The notes: generated from the letters alone by a model not told the origin. DNA of 64,000 nt from Dehalococcoidia bacterium (GCA_041649635.1 JBAZMV010000007.1:10900-74899); one strand, 5' to 3'; shown: positions 35,532-45,127, counted from the stretch's first letter. Made by a program: numbers and translations.

Positions 35532-35642
35532 GGCGCGCTTCGCGTCTTTATGCGAAGACGGAATAGCTAAACTGAATTCCGCTGAATATTGGACTAAAGA
35601 CTAACAATTAAAAACACTTGTTCGACTGAAGGGGGATGTTTC

Positions 35643-36800
35643 ATGCCTGAAAGAATAGGGATTGTGGCTGTAGCGCAGACCAAATATCATCCCAACAGGG
35701 CCGAGGTAAAGGAAGGGGAGATGGCCTATGAGGCCATCAAGCAGGTTCTCCAGGAAACAGGTCTAAAGTATGTCAACGACGGCAGCGGCATCGACGCTGC
35801 CGTTACTTGTTCCCAGGACTTCTGGGACGGCAGAACCATATCCAGCCTCAATGTAGCATCATTCGTAGGCACGCACTTCCGCTGCGAAGAGAAGGTGGCA
35901 TCGGACGGCATAAACGCAGTGTTCTATGCCATGATGCACATACTCTCGGGAGAACATGATACTCTAATCGTCACAACCCACTGCAAGGAATCACAGACTT
36001 CACCGAGTATAATCGAGAATCACTCCTTCGAGCCGGTATTAATGAGAGGACTTGGATTGGATTTCCTCGGCGCAGCGGCGCTCCAGGCCAATCGTTATAT
36101 GAACAAATACAAGATCACTCCGGAACAATGCGCCAAGGTTGTCGTCAAGAACCGCGGCAACGCAAAGAACAACCCCTACGCGCAGGCACCCATGAGCCTC
36201 ACTGTTAAAGATGTGCTGAACTCTAGGATGCTGGCCGACCCTATCCATGAACTGGATGCAAAGCCGGTATCCGACGGAGCATGTGTTATGATTATGGCTC
36301 GTGAGGAAAAGGCCAAGAAGCTCTGTAAGAATCCCGTCTGGATAACCGGCGTCAGTAACTGCTACGAAGCCCACTATCTGGGAGACCGCGATCTGGCTGA
36401 CTGCAAAGCACTGACGAAAGCGGCGAAACAAGCCTACAAGATGGCTGGTATCAACAATCCTTTACAAGAAATAGACGTAGCGGAGATTTCAGAGAAATAC
36501 TCCTACGAAGAGTTACTGTGGCTGGAGGGGCTCGGCTTATGCGAGCGCGGCGGCGGCGGTAAGATGATAGACAGCGGCGCGACCAAGATGGACGGCAAAC
36601 TGCCGGTCAACCCATCGGGCGGATGCCTTTCCGGCAATCCCACAGAGGTGGCAGGCATGACCCGCGTCGTCGAGGCGGTTCTCCAGTTGCGCGGCGAGGC
36701 AGGCTCCAGGCAAGTACCGGACGCTAAAGTCGCATTAGCCCACGGTACAACGGGCATCTGCGGACAACTACAGACCGTAATGATCCTGAGCAACAGCTAA
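35643..36800 (+). CDS. thiolase-fold (SCP-x-like) protein apparently lacking the nucleophilic Cys
   Basis: 385 aa. VNPSGGCLSGNP and a GICG C-terminal region are present. The segment aligned to VENLCCAGQEA of the paralogue reads CEEKVASDGINA, with Ala at the Cys position in my hand alignment. Confidence 0.75.
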   Translation: MPERIGIVAVAQTKYHPNRAEVKEGEMAYEAIKQVLQETGLKYVNDGSGIDAAVTCSQDFWDGRTISSLNVASFVGTHFRCEEKVASDGINAVFYAMMHILSGEHDTLIVTTHCKESQTSPSIIENHSFEPVLMRGLGLDFLGAAALQANRYMNKYKITPEQCAKVVVKNRGNAKNNPYAQAPMSLTVKDVLNSRMLADPIHELDAKPVSDGACVMIMAREEKAKKLCKNPVWITGVSNCYEAHYLGDRDLADCKALTKAAKQAYKMAGINNPLQEIDVAEISEKYSYEELLWLEGLGLCERGGGGKMIDSGATKMDGKLPVNPSGGCLSGNPTEVAGMTRVVEAVLQLRGEAGSRQVPDAKVALAHGTTGICGQLQTVMILSNS

Positions 36801-36817
36801 TCGGAGGTATTTAAGAT

Positions 36818-37972
36818 ATGGCCAATAGAGTGGCGATAGTAGGTGTAGGTCGGTCGACACAGGCGGCCAGGCGGCCTGAGGTCAACGACGCGGAGATGAT
36901 CAATGAAGCCGTAAGAGCGGCGCTTGAAGACGCTCAGATCGATATTAAGAAAGTACAGGCAGTTCTTACCAACAGCATAGATGGTTTCGATAATTTTTAT
37001 CTTGGCGACTGCCTCCTTGTCGATGGAAGCGGAGCGTATATGAAATCCGGCATGAAGTTACACACCGGAGGCACGGTCGGCTCCACCGGCGCTATAGCTG
37101 CGTTTAACATGGTAGCTTCAGGTATGTTCGATATAGTCCTTACCATAGGCCATCAGAAACAGGAACGCGGCAACTCGATGGGCACGCTCTGCGCCGCCGC
37201 CCCGGGCGAGGTGCGCGAGTACGTACAGGGAGCCATCGGAGCGTTCGCGCAGGCCGCAGTTGAATATATGCAAAATACTGACGCCAAACTGGAGCACGCG
37301 GCAATGGTGCGCCTGAAGGCTGATAAAAATGCCTGCCGCAACCCGTACGCGCATCTGCGTCTTGGCCTCAAGTCGATAGAAGACGTAGCGAAGTCGCCGA
37401 TACTTATCTGGCCTTTGCGTCTTCTAGACTTCTGCCCGCAATCATGCGGCGCAGCCGCGCTCATAGTGGCCTCCGAGAAGGTAGCTAAAAAGATATCCAA
37501 GAAGCCGGTTTGGGTTGCGGACCACGAGACCGTTCACGAGCTGCAAAGCGAGGTGGTATTCGGCGGAGCTGAGGAGAAATCGCAGCAGATAGCGGCCAGA
37601 CATATATATAAGCGAAACGGTATCACCAACCCGGCTAAAGATATAGACTGCTTTGAAGTATACGAGCCCAGCAGTTGGGAAGAAATGTACCTGTACGAGC
37701 ATTTCTTTATAACCGAGCATAACACGGGATGGAAACTGATAGAAAAAGGCATGACCGAACTGGAAGGACCAATACCAGTGAATCCATCAGGCGGCGTGCT
37801 GGCCACTAACGCCATCGGCGCTACAGCCATGCTGCGCATCGGAGAGGCCGCCCTCCAGATCCGCGGAGACGCCGGAGAGCACCAATGCACAAAGGATATC
37901 AAAACCACGTTGTCTTCAGGCCTTGGAGGAACAAACTGGACAACGCTGGTTCTACTCAAGAGATCACTCTAA
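36818..37972 (+). CDS. thiolase-fold (SCP-x-like) protein apparently lacking the nucleophilic Cys, second subunit
   Basis: 384 aa. VNPSGGVLATNAIGATA is present. The equivalent nucleophile segment reads HTGGTVGSTGAIAAF and contains no Cys. Confidence 0.75.
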   Translation: MANRVAIVGVGRSTQAARRPEVNDAEMINEAVRAALEDAQIDIKKVQAVLTNSIDGFDNFYLGDCLLVDGSGAYMKSGMKLHTGGTVGSTGAIAAFNMVASGMFDIVLTIGHQKQERGNSMGTLCAAAPGEVREYVQGAIGAFAQAAVEYMQNTDAKLEHAAMVRLKADKNACRNPYAHLRLGLKSIEDVAKSPILIWPLRLLDFCPQSCGAAALIVASEKVAKKISKKPVWVADHETVHELQSEVVFGGAEEKSQQIAARHIYKRNGITNPAKDIDCFEVYEPSSWEEMYLYEHFFITEHNTGWKLIEKGMTELEGPIPVNPSGGVLATNAIGATAMLRIGEAALQIRGDAGEHQCTKDIKTTLSSGLGGTNWTTLVLLKRSL

Positions 37973-37989
37973 GTCAAGGAGAAATGCGC

Positions 37990-38475
37990 ATGGCAGAAGA
38001 GAAAAAAGAGGAATTGATCGGTGTAGAGTTCTTCTCCAAGATACCGTATAACTGGTCCATGGGCCCGTACGTCGGCACCGTCTTTACGGAGATGAAAGAA
38101 AATAAGAGGATATGGGGCATCAGGTGCCCCAACTGCAAAAAGCTGCTGTTCCCGCCCGAGGCGATGTGCGGCTACTGCTTCACCGAGTTCACTCATGATA
38201 ACTGGGAGGAGATCGGGGACGAAGGAACTGTAGTGCAGTTCACTAAGGCTGGGATGCCCATCTTCGATATCCGCAAAGGAACTTTCGCGTTTTCCGAGCG
38301 CCCTCTGGCCAATATACAATTCGATACGGGACCTTACATCATGCACTGGCTGGAGGAAAAGGACATGGAGAAGCTGCACCTCGGCATGAGGGTCAAGGCT
38401 GTATGGCGCGAGCAGGGACGCGGCCGTGGATATGAAGACATCATGTATTTCCGCGCTATTGAGGAGAAGAAGTGA
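37990..38475 (+). CDS. DUF35 zinc-ribbon/OB-fold protein
   Basis: It has a CPNCKKLLFPPEAMCGYC ribbon followed by an OB-fold-like region. The ATG at 37990 has AAGGAG 8 nt upstream. Confidence 0.8.
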   Translation: MAEEKKEELIGVEFFSKIPYNWSMGPYVGTVFTEMKENKRIWGIRCPNCKKLLFPPEAMCGYCFTEFTHDNWEEIGDEGTVVQFTKAGMPIFDIRKGTFAFSERPLANIQFDTGPYIMHWLEEKDMEKLHLGMRVKAVWREQGRGRGYEDIMYFRAIEEKK

Positions 38476-38969
38476 TGACTACAACACCAATGAAGCCAAC
38501 TACACCGGTTATTTTTTCGGGGCACATGGTATATACCCACAAGTTTGAGGCTGGCAGGACCGGGAGCAGATTTCTCAGAGAGCTGCGCGACGGTAAGAAG
38601 ATAATGGGATTGAAATGCCCCAACTGTAACAAAGTCCATGTTCCACCAAGATCGACTTGCAAAGAGTGCTTCTCACAGCTTGATAAGTGGGTTGAGGTCG
38701 GCAGTGAAGGCAAATTGCTCACCTATACCGTTCTTCGCGTTCCCCGCGACGCCGAGAAGGACGTATTAAAGAGACAGCTTCCCGTCGCCTACGGCATAAT
38801 AAAGCTGGACGGCGCCGACACCGGCTTTGTGCATATGTTGGGCGAGATCGACCTGGACAATATCAAGATAGGCATGCGGGTTAAGGCGGTATTCAGAGAG
38901 GATGAACGCACCGGCAACATCCTCGATATCAATTATTTCAAACCGGTATCTAAGTCACGAAAGAGGTGA
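38472..38969 (+). CDS. DUF35 zinc-ribbon/OB-fold protein, second copy
   Basis: It has a CPNCNKVHVPPRSTCKEC ribbon. GTGATG overlaps the upstream stop, so the start is at 38472 or 38475. Confidence 0.8.
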   Translation: MMTTTPMKPTTPVIFSGHMVYTHKFEAGRTGSRFLRELRDGKKIMGLKCPNCNKVHVPPRSTCKECFSQLDKWVEVGSEGKLLTYTVLRVPRDAEKDVLKRQLPVAYGIIKLDGADTGFVHMLGEIDLDNIKIGMRVKAVFREDERTGNILDINYFKPVSKSRKR

Positions 38970-38973
38970 TACA

Positions 38974-40191
38974 TTGACAAGTCATCAGGAAGGCGCGCTG
39001 ACAGGATATCGAATACTGGATTTGACCGACAGCAAAGGTGCTTACTGCGCAAGGACAATGGGAGACCTTGGAGCAGACGTAATTAAAATTGAGAGCCCTC
39101 AAGGAGACACGGGACGTTCTATCCCTCCGTTTTTCAACGACGATCCCCATCCCGAGAAAAGCTTCTTCTACATATACCGCAACGCAAGCAAACGCGGCAT
39201 CACCCTTAATATCGAAACCGAACAAGGTATAAATCTCTTCAAAAAGCTGGCTGAGAAAGCCGACGTGGTTGTAGAGAACTTCGGCCCGGCTTACATGGAC
39301 GACCTTGGGCTTGGATACGAAGACATTAAGAAGATTAATCCAAATATCGTCATGGCCAGCTTCACGGAATTTGGCACGGACGGCCCGTATAAAAATTATA
39401 AGGGTTCGAACATCGTCGACTTCGCTCTCAGCGGCGTGATGATAACAAGCGGCTATCCCGGCAAAGCGCCGACACTGCTGCCCGGCATGCCCGCCTACGA
39501 CGCCGCATCGCTGATAGCCGTTGTTGAGATAATAGCAGCGCTGTACGCCCGCCCGGTGATAGGCGGCGGGCAGAAGATAGATGCTTCGGTACACGAGATC
39601 GCGCGCACCGGCCTCTACCCCTGGTCGGTTCCGATTTATTCTCACTCTCTAACCCCGGGAGGCCCGTTGCCCATGCCGGAGTCTCGATTAGGCGACTCGA
39701 TTTATCCGGTATACCCGACCAAGGATGGGCACATTCGAGTAATCGCACTTACGCCGCGGCAATGGCAGGCCCTGGTGAAAGTGCTCGGCAGCCCCGAGGT
39801 ACTGTCGCTTCCTGAATGGGAAAGTTTTATCTACCGTATCGGTAACTCCCAGGACTTATTGGCCATAATGCTTGAGTTTACAACACAGTTCACTCAGATG
39901 GAGATCTGGGAAAAAGGATTCCAGGAGGGAGTTCCTATCGCTCCGATATATGATATACCCACGTTCATAAACAGCCCGGATGCCAATGCCAGAAATTATT
40001 TCACCAAGGTCACACATCCGGTTATCGGCGAAGGTCTCTACCCGGGACCGCCCTACAGATGGACGGCAACTCAACCAAAGATACAATCATGTGCCCCTCT
40101 TCTGGGACAGCACAATGAGGAGATATACTGTAATGAACTGGGCTTATCAAAAGAGGATTTGGTAATACTCAAGGGTGCCGGAGTGATATAG
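38974..40191 (+). CDS. family III CoA-transferase, subunit 1 of an adjacent pair
   Basis: TTG start with AAGAGG 7 nt upstream. It has ILDLTD..GAYC...MGDLGADVIKIE and GSNIVDF..SG. Confidence 0.82.
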   Translation: MTSHQEGALTGYRILDLTDSKGAYCARTMGDLGADVIKIESPQGDTGRSIPPFFNDDPHPEKSFFYIYRNASKRGITLNIETEQGINLFKKLAEKADVVVENFGPAYMDDLGLGYEDIKKINPNIVMASFTEFGTDGPYKNYKGSNIVDFALSGVMITSGYPGKAPTLLPGMPAYDAASLIAVVEIIAALYARPVIGGGQKIDASVHEIARTGLYPWSVPIYSHSLTPGGPLPMPESRLGDSIYPVYPTKDGHIRVIALTPRQWQALVKVLGSPEVLSLPEWESFIYRIGNSQDLLAIMLEFTTQFTQMEIWEKGFQEGVPIAPIYDIPTFINSPDANARNYFTKVTHPVIGEGLYPGPPYRWTATQPKIQSCAPLLGQHNEEIYCNELGLSKEDLVILKGAGVI

Positions 40192-40198
40192 GGAGGAT

Positions 40199-41425
40199 AT
40201 GAATATGGCACAAACCGCTTTACAAGACATATTAGTTCTCGACTTCGGCACCGGCGTGGCCGTCCCGGACGGCATCAGGTTACTCGCGGAACTCGGTGCG
40301 AAAGTTATTAAAATCGAATCGAGCAAGAACCTCGATTTCGTGAGGACAATAGCGGCGGAGAAGAACAGCAGCGCCGGCTTTAATGAAACCAACCGAAACA
40401 AACTTAGCATAGGCCTGGACCTGCAAACCGCGAAGGGTAAGGATATTTTAAAAAAACTGATAGAGAAGGCGGACGTCTTCGCGGAGAACCAGCGCGGCGG
40501 GGTAGCCAAGAGCCTGGGCTTCGATTACGAATCGGTACGCAAGATAAAGCCCGACATCATATATTTAAGCAGCCAGGGATTCGGCGGAGGCGGGCCGCAC
40601 AGCGACTACCCGGCATACGGCCCTATGCTGTCGGCAGGCTCAGGCATGCTCTCTATCTGGAAGCATCCCGACGACCCGTATCCCGTCGGTTCCAACTCCC
40701 CTCTGCCAGACCACATGGCGAGCAAGCAGTGCGCCATAGGAATAATGGCGGCTCTCGATTACAGACGCCGCACCGGCAAAGGACAGTATATAGATATGGC
40801 GCAGACGGAAGTAGCCGCATCCCTTATCGGCGAATCGTATCTCGACTACACTATCAACAAACGCGTACCTGAACCGAAGGGCAACCGCTGTCCCTATGCA
40901 GCCCCTCACGGAGCTTATCCCTGCACCGGCATGGACAACTGGGTTGCTATAAGCGTTTTCACCGACGAGGAGTGGCACAGTTTCACAAAAGCGATAGGGC
41001 ATCAGGAATGGGACGAAGACCCTAAATTCGCAACACTATTGGAGAGGCTTAAAAACGTCGACGAGCTGGATAAGCTCGTCGCAGAATGGACAACCCCTCT
41101 CGATGCGTGGGATGTACAGGAATTGTTGCAGAAAGCCGGTGTACCGGCTGGTGTCGTACAACGAGCGCCTGATACGATGAAAGACCCGCAAATCCTGCAC
41201 GACAATGCCTTGGTTGAGCTGGACCATCCCATTGTAGGGAAACGGTTGTATCCCAACGTAGCTCTAAAGCTGTCAGGGACGCCAGCGCTAGCCAGCACTC
41301 CCGCTCCATTGCTGGGACAACATACGGATGAGATTTGTCGCGAACTTCTTCACATGAGCGACGGTGATATAGAGAATCTCAAGAAAGAGGGTGTACTGGA
41401 AAGTCCAGACATCCAACCAAAATAA
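40199..41425 (+). CDS. family III CoA-transferase, subunit 2 of an adjacent pair
   Basis: 408 aa. It has VLDFGTGVAVP...LLAELGAKVIKIES and LGQHTDEI near the C-terminus. Confidence 0.82.
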   Translation: MNMAQTALQDILVLDFGTGVAVPDGIRLLAELGAKVIKIESSKNLDFVRTIAAEKNSSAGFNETNRNKLSIGLDLQTAKGKDILKKLIEKADVFAENQRGGVAKSLGFDYESVRKIKPDIIYLSSQGFGGGGPHSDYPAYGPMLSAGSGMLSIWKHPDDPYPVGSNSPLPDHMASKQCAIGIMAALDYRRRTGKGQYIDMAQTEVAASLIGESYLDYTINKRVPEPKGNRCPYAAPHGAYPCTGMDNWVAISVFTDEEWHSFTKAIGHQEWDEDPKFATLLERLKNVDELDKLVAEWTTPLDAWDVQELLQKAGVPAGVVQRAPDTMKDPQILHDNALVELDHPIVGKRLYPNVALKLSGTPALASTPAPLLGQHTDEICRELLHMSDGDIENLKKEGVLESPDIQPK

Positions 41426-41447
41426 AATTAGGAAAGGAGTTGAACTA

Positions 41448-42536
41448 ATGAAGGCTGCTGTTTTGTATGAGGCCGGAGCTCCATTGAAGATTGAGGATGT
41501 GACGCTCGATGAGCCCGGGGCAAACGAGATACTCGTCAAGCTTGAAGCGACGGGAGTCTGCCATTCAGACCTCCACTTCATGAAGGGCGAGATGCCCGCG
41601 GCCATGCCCGTGATTCCCGGACACGAGGGAGCAGGCGTTGTAGAGAAGGTGGGGCCGGGCGTAACGACCGTAAAGCCGGGCGATCATGTCATCATGATGG
41701 TCGCTTTCAGCTGCGGCAAATGTCGTTTCTGTTATGAGGGCCGGCCCACGATGTGCGTGGAGAATCTGCCTATTCAAATGATGGCCACACTGCCGTACGG
41801 CCAGATGCGCGCACGCAAGGGAGACCAGCAGATTCACCACCTGTTCGGACTGGCCTGCTACGCCGAGAAAGTGGTAGTGCACGAGAGATCGGCGGTGAAG
41901 GTCAGAGACGATGCGCCCCTTGATGTAGTGTGTCTGCTCGGATGCGGCGCAAGCACCGGTATCGGCACTGCGATCAACACCACAAAAGTGAAAGCCGGAG
42001 AGACAATAGCTATTTTCGGCTGCGGAGGTGTGGGACTCGCCGCTGTCATGGGCGCCAAGCTTGCCGGAGCTAAAGTAATAGCAATCGACGCCCTGGATAA
42101 CAAACTTGAGATGGCTAAACAACTCGGTGCCGACCATGTTATCAACGCAAAGAACGACGATCCCCAGTTAAAGATTTTTGAAATCAACGGCGGAGGAGTT
42201 GACTACGCTCTCGAGTTCATCGGTAATGTAGATATAATGGTAAAAGCACTCGGCTCAATCCGCCCCGGCGGTGTGTTCGTCGTTTCAGGCATGGCTCCTA
42301 TTACCAGCATGCTGACCATCGCACCGTTCGAATTCTTACTGGGCAAGACGATAACCGGCGCGGTTCAGGGCGATATCATCCCGCAGATCGACATACCAAA
42401 GTATGTTGACCTTTACATGAATGGCAAACTCCCCATAGATAAGCTGATAACAAAGACCTACAAGCTGGATCAGATCAACGAGGCCTTTGAAGCGATGAAA
42501 AAGGGAGAGGTAATTCGCAGCGTAATAAAGTTCTAA
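41448..42536 (+). CDS. zinc-dependent alcohol dehydrogenase (MDR family)
   Basis: It has MKAAVL, GVCHSDLH, GHEGAGVV, the structural-Zn Cys cluster CGKCRFC, and the GCGGVG NAD motif. Confidence 0.88.
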   Translation: MKAAVLYEAGAPLKIEDVTLDEPGANEILVKLEATGVCHSDLHFMKGEMPAAMPVIPGHEGAGVVEKVGPGVTTVKPGDHVIMMVAFSCGKCRFCYEGRPTMCVENLPIQMMATLPYGQMRARKGDQQIHHLFGLACYAEKVVVHERSAVKVRDDAPLDVVCLLGCGASTGIGTAINTTKVKAGETIAIFGCGGVGLAAVMGAKLAGAKVIAIDALDNKLEMAKQLGADHVINAKNDDPQLKIFEINGGGVDYALEFIGNVDIMVKALGSIRPGGVFVVSGMAPITSMLTIAPFEFLLGKTITGAVQGDIIPQIDIPKYVDLYMNGKLPIDKLITKTYKLDQINEAFEAMKKGEVIRSVIKF

Positions 42537-42575
42537 CACTCTAAGCCTGCTACATAAAAAATCAAGGAGGTAATA

Positions 42576-44315
42576 ATGGCTGAAGAGACGTTTGATGTTG
42601 TAATCGTAGGAGGAGGTAACAAGGCGCTGTTCCTCGCCATGTACCTCATCAAGTACGCTAACCTGAGCGTAGGAATCTATGAAAGGCGGCATGAGATCGG
42701 CGGGTGTCTGGCTACGGAGGAGATCTCCGCGCCGGGTTTCCGCGGCAACACACATGCAACAATCCAGCTGCCGTTCTACTACACGCCGCTGTGGCGCGAC
42801 TTCCCTGAGATATGGGAGTACGGCTGCAGGCTGGAACAACACCTGGTGGCCAGCGGCGGATCGTTCTTGAAGGATCAGAACTGTCTCGCTATTTATAGCG
42901 AGAAGTACGATCCCGACCAGACCAGGACCGCCGAACAAATCGCCCGTTTCTCAAAAGAGGATGCGGAGAAGTGGCTCAGACTGAGGAAGTACTGGATGAA
43001 TCCGGCGGCACAGGCCGTACAGATCGATATGATGTACAAGCCTGCCGAGATCAGAGCCGCCGACCCCAAGGTATTTGAGAGACAGCTGACACAGTATCCC
43101 TTTATGATAGAAGTAGGGCAGGGCGTGAACCCGGACGCGCTGATCCTTGCTGCTCCTCATATTCACAATGTTCAGGAGCTCTGGGAGAGCCCGGAGATGC
43201 AGTACTGTAACATCAGATTCGTGCTGTCAGCGGCTATGGACCCGAGCCAGCCGGGCGCCGGCGCATGGACGTTCGGATTCGCCGCCATGCAGCCGTCGAT
43301 TGCGTTTATACCAGGCGGCACGCATCAGGTAGCGCACGCGGCGCATAAGATACTCTGCCGCGACGGATGCAAATTCTTCCTCGGACAGGAGGTCAAGAAG
43401 TGCATCATAGAGAACGCCGAGTGCAAGGGTATCGAGCTTGTAGACGGCACCAAGATCAAGGCCAACAAGTTCGTCGTCAGTACGTTGAGCCCGATGCAGT
43501 TGGCCTTCGACCTCATCGGCGAGGAATACCTGGACCCGGCTTTCAAGAAGCGGATCAAGCTGATTGAAACGGAGTTCGGCTGTCTTATGTGGTACACATT
43601 CGCTTGTCATGAGGCGCCGAAGTATAACGTGGCCTCGTTCAACCCCGATATCAACGACTCATTCTGGCTCGGTCTCGCCGAAGATCCCGATCCATACCAC
43701 GTGGTGCGTGAGGCTTATTACGGAAGACTGGGCATGTGGCCGCCGACCAAGGACTGGTGTCCGACTGTCTGGAGCCACAGCATGGTGGACCCGCTCTACG
43801 CGGCGCCCGGCAAGCACATCGCCAATAACGAGCAGCTTGGCCCGCCGGCTACCGCTCATACCGAGGACGAATGGCTGGATATCAAGAAGTGGTACGCCGA
43901 GGAACTGATTAAGATATGGGAGAAACATGCCCCCAATATGAACTGGGACAATATAATAGGCGTTGACATGAATACGCCTTACGATAACCTTAGGATGAAG
44001 AACACGGGACCCAACGGCACCATGTCCCTTATCGACCGAGTATCGCACCAGTGCGACGACAAGCGGCCGATACCGGAGCTGGCCAACCACAGGACCCCGA
44101 TAAAGAACCTCTACGCCACCGGCGCTGCGTGGCACCTGGGCGCAAACTCAGGCGCTACCGAGTCCTACAACTGCTATCAGATCATAGCCAAGGACCTCGG
44201 ACTGCCCGGACCGTGGCAGCAAGGCGAAGATGCTGATACGCTGTACCAGACCTGGCTGGAGGTACTTAAGAAGACGAAAGAATCCGGGCTTACAAGCCCC
44301 CTGGCAAAGAAGTAG
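42576..44315 (+). CDS. phytoene-desaturase-family (CrtI/CtmAB-like) FAD-dependent oxidoreductase, copy 2 (divergent subtype)
   Basis: 579 aa. It has FDVVIVGGGNKALFLAMYL...YERRHEIGGC and the C-terminal LYATGAAWHLG. Confidence 0.75.
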   Translation: MAEETFDVVIVGGGNKALFLAMYLIKYANLSVGIYERRHEIGGCLATEEISAPGFRGNTHATIQLPFYYTPLWRDFPEIWEYGCRLEQHLVASGGSFLKDQNCLAIYSEKYDPDQTRTAEQIARFSKEDAEKWLRLRKYWMNPAAQAVQIDMMYKPAEIRAADPKVFERQLTQYPFMIEVGQGVNPDALILAAPHIHNVQELWESPEMQYCNIRFVLSAAMDPSQPGAGAWTFGFAAMQPSIAFIPGGTHQVAHAAHKILCRDGCKFFLGQEVKKCIIENAECKGIELVDGTKIKANKFVVSTLSPMQLAFDLIGEEYLDPAFKKRIKLIETEFGCLMWYTFACHEAPKYNVASFNPDINDSFWLGLAEDPDPYHVVREAYYGRLGMWPPTKDWCPTVWSHSMVDPLYAAPGKHIANNEQLGPPATAHTEDEWLDIKKWYAEELIKIWEKHAPNMNWDNIIGVDMNTPYDNLRMKNTGPNGTMSLIDRVSHQCDDKRPIPELANHRTPIKNLYATGAAWHLGANSGATESYNCYQIIAKDLGLPGPWQQGEDADTLYQTWLEVLKKTKESGLTSPLAKK

Positions 44316-44327
44316 AAGAGGTAAGAC

Positions 44328-45116
44328 ATGCCTGTAAATAAGATAGTGTCTAGCTTCGATAAGGCGGTAGCCGATATACCGGACGGCGCTACAGTAATGA
44401 TAGGCGGCTTCGGCACCGTATCAAGCACTCCTACCATGCTCCTGGAGGCTTTGGCCCGCAAGGGAGTCAAGAACCTCACTACCGTATCCAACTCCTGCGG
44501 TTTCGGCAAGGATGTCTGGAAGCTGCTGGGATACAAGTTCCCGGAGGATATCGACGTTCTTGTGCGCAACAACTGCATAAAGAAAGCGATAGCCTCGGCC
44601 CCGGTCAGCGCTGTATACCAGAACAACTTTGAGAAGAAACTCCGCGCCGGGGAAGTCGAGTTGGAGATGGTTCCGCAGGGCACACTGGCGGAACGCATCA
44701 GGGCAGCCAAAGCGGGACTCGGAGGAATTTACACGCCGGTAGGAGTAGGTACGGTTGTCGAGACAGGCAAAGAAGTAAAAACAATCGACGGCAGGAAATA
44801 TGTACTGGAACTGCCGATAAAGGCCGACTTCGCCGTAATCAAAGCGCACAAGGGCGATCGCTGGGGTAATCTGACATATAGATACACCTCGCGAACCTTC
44901 AACGGCACAATGGCCGGCGCGGCCAAGGTCACCATAGCGGAGGTTGACGAGATCGTAGAGCTGGGCGAGCTGAAGCCGGACGAGATACATACTCCCGGCA
45001 TCTATGTGGATCGAGTGGTTAAGAGGCCAGCGGAGTACGTGGAAGCGGACGGAGGAGAGATCAGTAAGGAAGCCCAGGAGTCCCACGATAGGTTCATGGA
45101 AAGAAAGAGCGCGTAA
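44328..45116 (+). CDS. family I (3-oxoacid/glutaconate type) CoA-transferase subunit A
   Basis: 262 aa. It has DGATVMIGGFG, E..PQGTLAERIRA and GG.YTP.GVGT. Confidence 0.85.
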   Translation: MPVNKIVSSFDKAVADIPDGATVMIGGFGTVSSTPTMLLEALARKGVKNLTTVSNSCGFGKDVWKLLGYKFPEDIDVLVRNNCIKKAIASAPVSAVYQNNFEKKLRAGEVELEMVPQGTLAERIRAAKAGLGGIYTPVGVGTVVETGKEVKTIDGRKYVLELPIKADFAVIKAHKGDRWGNLTYRYTSRTFNGTMAGAAKVTIAEVDEIVELGELKPDEIHTPGIYVDRVVKRPAEYVEADGGEISKEAQESHDRFMERKSA

Positions 45117-45127
45117 GGAGGGAAGTT

